Assembly (NCBI GenBank): GCA_964057225.1
Contig: OZ059898.1
Coordinates: forward strand, 17,732,001 to 17,796,000
Length of the DNA: 64,000 nt
Reading direction: 5' to 3'
From: Auanema rhodensis
Lineage: Eukaryota; Animalia; Nematoda
A model generated the notes under the pieces. That model ran no database searches. It was not told where the DNA came from and saw only the letters and a program-made list of their open reading frames with translations. Numbering within the stretch: the first letter of the stretch is position 1; each line of letters begins with the position of its first letter. A program made the position numbers and the translations under genes. This document shows positions 42,111-53,415 of this stretch, piece by piece.

Positions 42111-45100
42111 CGGATTTTTAAGCTGCGTCGATCTGTGTTATCAGATTTGCGCTAGCTTAAAAATGCACCGAGATATCAACTGATATAAGTTCACACTTAT
42201 ATCCTCGATTTTCACCCTGAAGAATTAATTTTTTCGTTGAATAACATTGTCCATCGTTTTTGCCTTGAAAAAAGGAATCTAAAAACAGCTACTTTTTACT
42301 AAATTATTTTGAAATTTTTCGAAAAAATTTTTGTCAAAATGTTTTGGAAGCAATGTTGAGTGTACATGGAAACTCAAAATACACTAATGCATCATTTTTC
42401 AAACGATCATAACTAATTTTTGTATCAAGCGTTTCTCAATGTAGTATAGTGCATTCGATGCGGATTTTTAAGCTGCGTCGATCTGTGTTATCAGATTTGC
42501 GCTAGCTTAAAAATGCACCGAGATATCAACTGATATAAGTTCACACTTATATCCTCGATTTTCACCCTGAAGAATTAATTTTTTCGTTGAATAACATTGT
42601 CCATCGTCTTTGCCTTGAAAAAAGAATTTAAAAACATCTACTTTTTGTGCAATTATTCTAAAATTTTTCGGGAAAATTTTTGTCAAAATGTTTTTGAAGC
42701 AATGTTGAGTGTACATGGAAACTCAACATACACTAATGCATCCTTTTTCAAACGATCATGACTAATTTTTGTATCGAAGATTTCTCACTGTAATATAGTG
42801 CTTTTGATGCGGATTTTTAAGCTGCGTCGATCTGTGTTATCAGATTTGCGCTAGCTTAAAAATGCACCGAGATATCAACTGATATAAGTTCACACTTATA
42901 TCCTCGATTTTCACCCTGAAGAATTAATTTTTTCGTTGAATAACATTGTCCATCGTTTTTGCCTTGAAAAAAGGAATCTAAAAACAGCTACTTTTTACTA
43001 AATTATTTTGAAATTTTTCGAAAAAATTTTTGTCAAAATGTTTTGGAAGCAATGTTGAGTGTACATGGAAACTCAAAATACACTAATGCATCATTTTTCA
43101 AACGATCATAACTAATTTTTGTATCAAGCGTTTCTCAATGTAGTATAGTGCATTCGATGCGGATTTTTAAGCTGCGTCGATCTGTGTTATCAGATTTGCG
43201 CTAGCTTAAAAATGCACCGAGATATCAACTGATATAAGTTCACACTTATATCCTTGATTTTCACCCTGAAGAATTAATTTTTTCGTTGAATAACATTGTC
43301 CATCGTCTTTGCCTTGAAAAAAGGAATCTAAAAACAGCTACTTTTTACTAAATTATTTTGAAATTTTTCGAAAAAATTTTTGTCAAAATGTTTTGGAAGC
43401 AATGTTGAGTGTACATGGAAACTCAAAATACACTAATGCATCATTTTTCAAACGATCATAACTAATTTTTGTATCAAGCGTTTCTCAATGTAGTATAGTG
43501 CATTCGATGCGGATTTTTAAGCTGCGTCGATCTGTGTTATCAGATTCGCGCTAGCTTAAAAATGCACCGAGATATCAACTGATATAAGTTCACACTTATA
43601 TCCTTGATTTTCACCCTGAAGAATTAATTTTTTCGTTGAATAACATTGTCCATCGTTTTTGCCTTGAAAAAAGGAATCTAAAAACAGCTACTTTTTACTA
43701 AATTATTTTGAAATTTTTCGAAAAAATTTTTGTCAAAATGTTTTGGAAGCAAGGTTGAGTGTACATGGAAACTCAACATACACTAATGCATTATTTTTCA
43801 AACGATCATAACTAATTTTTGTATTAAGCGTTTCTCAATGTAGTATAGTGCATTCGATGCGGATTTTTAAGCTGCGTCGATCTGTGTTATCAGATTCGCG
43901 CTAGCTTAAAAATGCACCGAGATATCAACTGATATAAGTTCACACTTATATCCTCGATTTTCACCCTGAAGAATTAATTTTTTCGTTGAATAACATTGTC
44001 CATCGTCTTTGCCTCGAAAAACGAAATCTGAAAACATCTACTTTTTGCTAAATTATTTTGAAATTTTTCGAAAAAGTTTTTGTCAAAATGTTTTGGAAGC
44101 AATGTTGAGTGTACATGGAAACTCAAAATACACTAATGCATCATTTTTCAAACGATCATAACTAATTTTTGTATCAAGCGTTTCTCAATGTAGTATAGTG
44201 CATTCGATGCGGATTTTTAAGCTGCGTCGATCTGTGTTATCAGATTTGCGCTAGCTTAAAAATGCACCGAGATATCAACTGATATAAGTTCACACTTATA
44301 TCCTCGATTTTCACCCTGAAGAATTACTTTTTTCGTTGAATAACATTGTCCATCGTTTTTGCCTTGAAAAAAGGAATCTAAAAACAGCTACTTTTTACTA
44401 AATTATTTTGAAATTTTTCGAAAAAATTTTTGTCAAAATGTTTTGGAAGCAATGTTGAGTGTACATGGAAACTCAAAATACACTAATGCATCATTTTTCA
44501 AACGATCATAACTAATTTTTGTATCAAGCGTTTCTCAATGTAGTATAGTGCATTCGATGCGGATTTGTAAGCTGCGTCGATCTGTGTTATCAGATTTGCG
44601 CTAGCTTAAAAATGCACCGAGATATCAACTGATATAAGTTCACACTTATATCCTTGATTTTCACCCTGAAGAATTAATTTTTTCGTTGAATAACATTGTC
44701 CATCGTCTTTGCCTTGAAAAAAGGAATCTAAAAACATTTACTTTTTGCTAAATTATTTTGAAATTTTTCGAAAAAATTTTTGTCAAAATGTTTTTGGAAG
44801 CAAGGTTGAGTGTACATGGAAACTCAACATACACTAATGCATTATTTTTCAAACGATCATAACTAATTTTTGTATTAAGCGTTTCTCAATGTAGTATAGT
44901 GCATTCGATGCGGATTTTTAAGCTGCGTCGATCTGTGTTATCAGATTCGCGCTAGCTTAAAAATGCACCGAGATATCAACTGATATAAGTTCACACTTAT
45001 ATCCTCGATTTTCACCCTGAAGAATTAATTTTTTCGTTGAATAACATTGTCCATCGTCTTTGCCTCGAAAAACGAAATCTGAAAACATCTACTTTTTGCT

Positions 45101-47359
45101 AAATTATTTTGAAATTTTTCGAAAAAGTTTTTGTCAAAATGTTTTTGAAGCAATGTTGAGTGTACATGGAAACTCAACATACACTAATGCATCATTTTTC
45201 AAACGATCATAACTAATTTTTGTATTAAGCGTTTCTCAATGTAGTATAGTGCATTCGATGCGGATTTTTAAGCTGCGTCGATCTGTGTTATCAGATTTGC
45301 GCTAGCTTAAAAATGCACCGAGATATCAACTGATATAAGTTCACACTTATATCCTCGATTTTCACCCTGAAGAATTAATTTTTTCGTTGAATAACATTGT
45401 CCATCGTCTTTGCCTTGAAAAAAGGAATCTAAAAACATCTACTTTTTGCTAAATTATTTTGAAATTTTTCGAAAAAATTTTTGTCAAAATGTTTTTGGAA
45501 GCAAGGTTGAGTGTACATGGAAACTCAACATACACTAATGCATTATTTTTCAAACGATCATAACTAATTTTTGTATTAAGCGTTTTTCAATGTAGTATAG
45601 TGCATTCGATGCGGATTTTTAAGCTGCGTCGATCTGTGTTATCAGATTTGCGCTAGCTTAAAAATGCACCGAGATATCAACTGATATAAGTTCACACTTA
45701 TATCCTCGATTTTCACCCTGAAGAATTAATTTTTTCGTTGAATAACATTGTCCATCGTCTTTGCCTTGAAAAAAGAATTTAAAAACATCTACTTTTTGTG
45801 CAATTATTCTAAAATTTTTCGGGAAAATTTTTGTCAAAATGTTTTTGAAGCAATGTTGAGTGTACATGGAAACTCAACATACACTAATGCATCCTTTTTC
45901 AAACGATCATGACTAATTTTTGTATCGAAGATTTCTCACTGTAATATAGTGCTTTTGATGCGGATTTTTAAGCTGCGTCGATCTGTGTTATCAGATTTGC
46001 GCTAGCTTAAAAATGCACCGAGATATCAACTGATATAAGTTCACACTTATATCCTCGATTTTCACCCTGAAGAATTAATTTTTTCGTTGAATAACATTGT
46101 CCATCGTTTTTGCCTTGAAAAAAGGAATCTAAAAACAGCTACTTTTTACTAAATTATTTTGAAATTTTTCGAAAAAATTTTTGTCAAAATGTTTTGGAAG
46201 CAATGTTGAGTGTACATGGAAACTCAAAATACACTAATGCATCATTTTTCAAACGATCATAACTAATTTTTGTATCAAGCGTTTCTCAATGTAGTATAGT
46301 GCATTCGATGCGGATTTTTAAGCTGCGTCGATCTGTGTTATCAGATTTGCGCTAGCTTAAAAATGCACCGAGATATCAACTGATATAAGTTCACACTTAT
46401 ATCCTCGATTTTCACCCTGAAGAATTAATTTTTTCGTTGAATAACATTGTCCATCGTTTTTGCCTTGAAAGAAGGAATCTAAAAACAGCTACTTTTTACT
46501 AAATTATTTTGAAATTTTTCGAAAAAATTTTTGTCAAAATGTTTTGGAAGCAATGTTGAGTGTACATGGAAACTCAAAATACACTAATGCATCATTTTTC
46601 AAACGATCATAACTAATTTTTGTATCAAGCGTTTCTCAATGTAGTATAGTGCATTCGATGCGGATTTGTAAGCTGCGTCGATCTGTGTTATCAGATTTGC
46701 GCTAGCTTAAAAATGCACCGAGATATCAACTGATATAAGTTCACACTTATATCCTTGATTTTCACCCTGAAGAATTAATTTTTTCGTTGAATAACATTGT
46801 CCATCGTCTTTGCCTTGAAAAAAGGAATCTAAAAACATTTACTTTTTGCTAAATTATTTTGAAATTTTTCGAAAAAATTTTTGTCAAAATGTTTTTGGAA
46901 GCAAGGTTGAGTGTACATGGAAACTCAACATACACTAATGCATTATTTTTCAAACGATCATAACTAATTTTTGTATTAAGCGTTTCTCAATGTAGTATAG
47001 TGCATTCGATGCGGATTTTTAAGCTGCGTCGATCTGTGTTATCAGATTCGCGCTAGCTTAAAAATGCACCGAGATATCAACTGATATAAGTTCACACTTA
47101 TATCCTCGATTTTCACCCTGAAGAATTAATTTTTTCGTTGAATAACATTGTCCATCGTCTTTGCCTCGAAAAACGAAATCTGAAAACATCTACTTTTTGC
47201 TAAATTATTTTGAAATTTTTCGAAAAAGTTTTTGTCAAAATGTTTTTGAAGCAATGTTGAGTGTACATGGAAACTCAACATACACTAATGCATCATTTTT
47301 CAAACGATCATAACTAATTTTTGTATTAAGCGTTTCTCAATGTAGTATAGTGCATTCGA

Positions 47360-50300
47360 TGCGGATTTTTAAGCTGCGTCGATCTGTGTTATCAGATTTG
47401 CGCTAGCTTAAAAATGCACCGAGATATCAACTGATATAAGTTCACACTTATATCCTCGATTTTCACCCTGAAGAATTAATTTTTTCGTTGAATAACATTG
47501 TCCATCGTCTTTGCCTTGAAAAAAGGAATCTAAAAACATCTACTTTTTGCTAAATTATTTTGAAATTTTTCGAAAAAATTTTTGTCAAAATGTTTTTGGA
47601 AGCAAGGTTGAGTGTACATGGAAACTCAACATACACTAATGCATTATTTTTCAAACGATCATAACTAATTTTTGTATTAAGCGTTTTTCAATGTAGTATA
47701 GTGCATTCGATGCGGATTTTTAAGCTGCGTCGATCTGTGTTATCAGATTTGCGCTAGCTTAAAAATGCACCGAGATATCAACTGATATAAGTTCACACTT
47801 ATATCCTCGATTTTCACCCTGAAGAATTAATTTTTTCGTTGAATAACATTGTCCATCGTCTTTGCCTCGAAAAACGAAATCTGAAAACATCTACTTTTTG
47901 CTAAATTATTTTGAAATTTTTCGAAAAAATTTTTGTCAAAATGTTTTTGGAAGCAATGTTGAGTGTACATAGAAACTCAACATACACTAATGCATCATTT
48001 TTCAAACGATCATAACTAATTTTTGTATCGAAGATTTCTCACTGTAATATAGTGCTTTTGATGCGGATTTTTAAGCTGCGTCGATCTGTGTTATCAGATT
48101 TGCCCTTGCTTAAAAATGCACCGAGAAATCAACTGATATAAGTTCACACTTATATCCTCGATTTTCACCCTGAAGAATTAATTTTTTCGTTGAATAACAT
48201 TGTCCATCGTCTTTGCCTTAAAAAAAGAATTCAAAAACATCTACTTTTTGTGCAATTATTCTAAAATTTTTCGGGAAAATTTTTGTCAAAATGTTTTTGG
48301 AAGCAATGTTGAGTGTACATGGAAACTCAAAATACACTAATGCATCATTTTTCAAACGATCATAACTAATTTTTGTATCAAGCGTTTCTCAATGTAGTAT
48401 AGTGCATTCGATGCGGATTTTTAAGCTGCGTCGATCTGTGTTATCAGATTTGCGCTAGCTTAAAAATGCACCGAGATATCGACTGATATAAGTTCACACT
48501 TATATCCTCGCTTTTCACCCTGAAGAATTAATTTTTTCGTTGAATAACATTGTCCATCGTTTTTGCCTTGAAAAAAGGAATCTAAAAACAGCTACTTTTT
48601 GCTAAATTATTTTGAAATTTTTCGAAAAAATTTTTGTCAAAATGTTTTTGGAAGCAATGTTGAGTGTACATGGAAACTCAACATACACTAATGCATCATT
48701 TTTCAAACGATCATAACTAATTTTTGTATCGAAGATTTCTCACTGTAGTATAGTGCATTCGATGCGGATTTGTAAGCTGCGTCGATCTGTGTTATCAGAT
48801 TTGCGCTAGCTTAAAAATGCACCGAGATATCAACTGATATAAGTTCACACTTATATCCTTGATTTTCACCCTGAAGAATTAATTTTTTCGTTGAATAACA
48901 TTGTCCATCGTCTTTGCCTTGAAAAAAGGAATCTAAAAACATTTACTTTTTGCTAAATTATTTTGAAATTTTTCGAAAAAATTTTTGTCAAAATGTTTTT
49001 GGAAGCAAGGTTGAGTGTACATGGAAACTCAACATACACTAATGCATTATTTTTCAAACGATCATAACTAATTTTTGTATTAAGCGTTTCTCAATGTAGT
49101 ATAGTGCATTCGATGCGGATTTTTAAGCTGCGTCGATCTGTGTTATCAGATTCGCGCTAGCTTAAAAATGCACCGAGATATCAACTGATATAAGTTCACA
49201 CTTATATCCTCGATTTTCACCCTGAAGAATTAATTTTTTCGTTGAATAACATTGTCCATCGTCTTTGCCTCGAAAAACGAAATCTGAAAACATCTACTTT
49301 TTGCTAAATTATTTTGAAATTTTTCGAAAAAGTTTTTGTCAAAATGTTTTTGAAGCAATGTTGAGTGTACATGGAAACTCAACATACACTAATGCATCAT
49401 TTTTCAAACGATCATAACTAATTTTTGTATCGAAGATTTCTCACTGTAATATAGTGCTTTTGATGCGGATTTTTAAGCTGCGTCGATCTGTGTTATCAGA
49501 TTTGCCCTTGCTTAAAAATGCACCGAGAAATCAACTGATATAAGTTCACACTTATATCCTTGATTTTCACCCTGAAGAATTAATTTTTTCGTTGAATAAC
49601 ATTGTCCATCGTCTTTGCCTCGAAAAACGAAATCTGAAAACATCTACTTTTTGCTAAATTATTTTGAAATTTTTCGAAAAAATTTTTGTCAAAATGTTTT
49701 TGGAAGCAATGTTGAGTGTACATGGAAACTCAACATACACTAATGCATCATTTTTCAAACGATCATAACTAATTTTTGTATAAAGCGTTTCTCAATGTAG
49801 TATAGTGCATTCGATGCGGATTTGTAAGCTGCGTCGATCTGTGTTATCAGATTTGCGCTAGCTTAAAAATGCACCGAGATATCAACTGATATAAGTTCAC
49901 ACTTATATCCTTGATTTTCACCCTGAAGAATTAATTTTTTCGTTGAATAACATTGTCCATCGTCTTTGCCTCGAAAAACGAAATCTGAAAACATCTACTT
50001 TTTGCTAAATTATTTTGAAATTTTTCGAAAAAATTTTTGTCAAAATGTTTTTGGAAGCAATGTTGAGTGTACATGGAAACTCAACATACACTAATGCATC
50101 ATTTTTCAAACGATCATAACTAATTTTTGTATCGAAGATTTCTCACTGTAATATAGTGCTTTTGATGCGGATTTTTAAGCTGCGTCGATCTGTGTTATCA
50201 GATTTGCCCTTGCTTAAAAATGCACCGAGAAATCAACTGATATAAGTTCACACTTATATCCTCGATTTTCACCCTGAAGAATTAATTTTTTCGTTGAATA

Positions 50301-51210
50301 ACATTGTCCATCGTCTTTGCCTTAAAAAAAGAATTCAAAAACATCTACTTTTTGTGCAATTATTCTAAAATTTTTCGGGAAAATTTTTGTCAAAATGTTT
50401 TTGGAAGCAATGTTGAGTGTACATGGAAACTCAAAATACACTAATGCATCATTTTTCAAACGATCATAACTAATTTTTGTATCAAGCGTTTCTCAATGTA
50501 GTATAGTGCATTCGATGCGGATTTTTAAGCTGCGTCGATCTGTGTTATCAGATTTGCGCTAGCTTAAAAATGCACCGAGATATCAACTGATATAAGTTCA
50601 CACTTATATCCTCGCTTTTCACCCTGAAGAATTAATTTTTTCGTTGAATAACATTGTCCATCGTTTTTGCCTTGAAAAAAGGAATCTAAAAACAGCTACT
50701 TTTTGCTAAATTATTTTGAAATTTTTCGAAAAAATTTTTGTCAAAATGGTTTTGGAAGCAATGTTGAGTGTACATGGAAACTCAACATACACTAATGCAT
50801 CATTTTTCAAACGATCATAACTAATTTTTGTTTTAAGCGTTTCTCAATGTTATATAGTGCATTCGATGCGGATTTTTAAGCTGCGTCGATCTGTGTTATC
50901 AGATTTGCGCTAGCTTAAAAATGCACCGAGATATCAACTGATATAAGTTCACACTTATATCCTCGATTTTCACCCTGAAGAATTAATTTTTTCGTTGAAT
51001 AACATTGTCCATCGTTTTTGCCTTGAAAAAAGGAATCTAAAAACAGCTACTTTTTACTAAATTATTTTGAAATTTTTCGAAAAAATTTTTGTCAAAATGT
51101 TTTGGAAGCAATGTTGAGTGTACATGGAAACTCAAAATACACTAATGCATCATTTTTCAAACGATCATAACTAATTTTTGTATCAAGCGTTTCTCAATGT
51201 AGTATAGTGC
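47360..51210 (+). repeat. Roughly 3.85-kb (11-monomer) block duplicated from about 34750-38600
   Basis: Rare markers ACATAGAAAC (35361/47971) and TTGTTTTAAGCG...AATGTTATA (38221/50831) are both 12610 bp apart, and the monomer variants between them are in the same order. Confidence 0.87.
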
Positions 51211-51916
51211 ATTCGATGCGGATTTTTAAGCTGCGTCGATCTGTGTTATCAGATTTGCGCTAGCTTAAAAATGCACCGAGATATCAACTGATATAAGTTC
51301 ACACTTATATCCTCGATTTTCACCCTGAAGAATTAATTTTTTCGTTGAATAACATTGTCCATCGTTTTTGCCTTGAAAAAAGGAATCTAAAAACAGCTAC
51401 TTTTTACTAAATTATTTTGAAATTTTTCGAAAAAATTTTTGTCAAAATGTTTTGGAAGCAATGTTGAGTGTACATGGAAACTCAAAATACACTAATGCAT
51501 CATTTTTCAAACGATCATAACTAATTTTTGTATCAAGCGTTTCTCAATGTAGTATAGTGCATTCGATGCGGATTTTTAAGCTGCGTCGATCTGTGTTATC
51601 AGATTTGCGCTAGCTTAAAAATGCACCGAGATATCAACTGATATAAGTTCACACTTATATCCTCGATTTTCACCCTGAAGAATTAATTTTTTCGTTGAAT
51701 AACATTGTCCATCGTTTTTGCCTTGAAAAAAGGAATCTAAAAACAGCTACTTTTTACTAAATTATTTTGAAATTTTTCGAAAAAATTTTTGTCAAAATGT
51801 TTTGGAAGCAATGTTGAGTGTACATGGAAACTCAAAATACACTAATGCATCATTTTTCAAACGATCATAACTAATTTTTGTATCAAGCGTTTCTCAATGT
51901 AGTATAGTGCATTCGA

Positions 51917-52936
51917 TGCGGATTTTTAAGCTTATCAGATTTGCGCTAGCTTAAAAATGCACCGAGATATCAACTGATATAAGTTCACACTTATATCCTC
52001 GATTTTCACCCTGAAGAATTAATTTTTTCGTTGAATAACATTGTCCATCGTCTTTGCCTTGAAAAAAGAATTTAAAAACATCTACTTTTTGTGCAATTAT
52101 TCTAAAATTTTTCGGGAAAATTTTTGTCAAAATGTTTTTGAAGCAATGTTGAGTGTACATGGAAACTCAACATACACTAATGCATCCTTTTTCAAACGAT
52201 CATGACTAATTTTTGTATCGAAGATTTCTCACTGTAATATAGTGCTTTTGATGCGGATTTTTAAGCTGCGTCGATCTGTGTTATCAGATTTGCGCTAGCT
52301 TAAAAATGCACCGAGATATCAACTGATATAAGTTCACACTTATATCCTCGATTTTCACCCTGAAGAATTAATTTTTTCGTTGAATAACATTGTCCATCGT
52401 TTTTGCCTTGAAAAAAGGAATCTAAAAACAGCTACTTTTTACTAAATTATTTTGAAATTTTTCGAAAAAATTTTTGTCAAAATGTTTTGGAAGCAATGTT
52501 GAGTGTACATGGAAACTCAAAATACACTAATGCATCATTTTTCAAACGATCATAACTAATTTTTGTATCAAGCGTTTCTCAATGTAGTATAGTGCATTCG
52601 ATGCGGATTTTTAAGCTTATCAGATTTGCGCTAGCTTAAAAATGCACCGAGATATCAACTGATATAAGTTCACACTTATATCCTCGATTTTCACCCTGAA
52701 GAATTAATTTTTTCGTTGAATAACATTGTCCATCGTCTTTGCCTTGAAAAAAGAATTTAAAAACATCTACTTTTTGTGCAATTATTCTAAAATTTTTCGG
52801 GAAAATTTTTGTCAAAATGTTTTTGAAGCAATGTTGAGTGTACATGGAAACTCAACATACACTAATGCATCCTTTTTCAAACGATCATGACTAATTTTTG
52901 TATCGAAGATTTCTCACTGTAATATAGTGCTTTTGA
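51917..52936 (+). repeat. 685-bp dimer duplication containing monomers with a 14-bp deletion
   Basis: TAAGC[TGCGTCGATCTGTG]TTATCAG becomes TAAGCTTATCAG at 51928-51933 and 52613-52618, 685 bp apart. Confidence 0.92.
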
Positions 52937-53400
52937 TGCGGATTTTTAAGCTGCGTCGATCTGTGTTATCAGATTTGCGCTAGCTTAAAAATGCACCGAG
53001 AAATCAACTGATATAAGTTCACACTTATATCCTCGATTTTCACCCTGAAGAATTAATTTTTTCGTTGAATAACATTGTCCATCGTCTTTGCCTTGAAAAA
53101 AGAATTCAAAAACATCTACTTTTTGTGCAATTATTCTAAAATTTTTCGGGAAAATTTTTGTCAAAATGTTTTTGGAAGCAATGTTGAGTGTACATGGAAA
53201 CTCAAAATACACTAATGCATCATTTTTCAAACGATCATAACTAATTTTTGTATCAAGCGTTTCTCAATGTAGTATAGTGCATTCGATGCGGATTTTTAAG
53301 CTGCATCGATCTGTGTTATCAGATTTGCGCTAGCTTAAAAATGCACCGAGATATCAAGTGATAAACGTTCACACTTATATCCTCGATTTTCACCCTGAAG

Positions 53401-53415
53401 AATTAAATTATGAGA
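53401..53415. other. Direct junction between satellite A and satellite B
   Basis: The sequence reads ...CCCTGAAG AATTAA A TTATGAGATTTTTCATC. A-type sequence runs to 53406 and B-type sequence starts at 53408, leaving at most 1 nt unassigned. Confidence 0.95.

Larger units (their letters stand above)
1..53406 (+). repeat. Satellite A: tandem array of a 351-bp AT-rich monomer (about 152 copies), open at the left window edge
   Basis: TGCGGATTTTTAAGCTGCGTCGATCTG recurs at 1, 352, 703 and onward at 1+351k (checked at 8425 and 25975). Copies differ by a few substitutions. The first monomer has 110/351 G+C. The last partial monomer ends at ...CACCCTGAAGAATTAA (53406). Confidence 0.99.

Noticed and set aside
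38655-53230. Five identical 69-aa ORFs and one 81-aa ORF on the minus strand (MYTQHCFKNIL.../MKNDALVYF...)
   Set aside because: They are the same frame of one satellite A variant in which a few substitutions and single-base deletions remove stops. The frame is closed in the other roughly 145 monomers. The F/K/I-rich composition reflects A/T tracts, and I recognise no domain.
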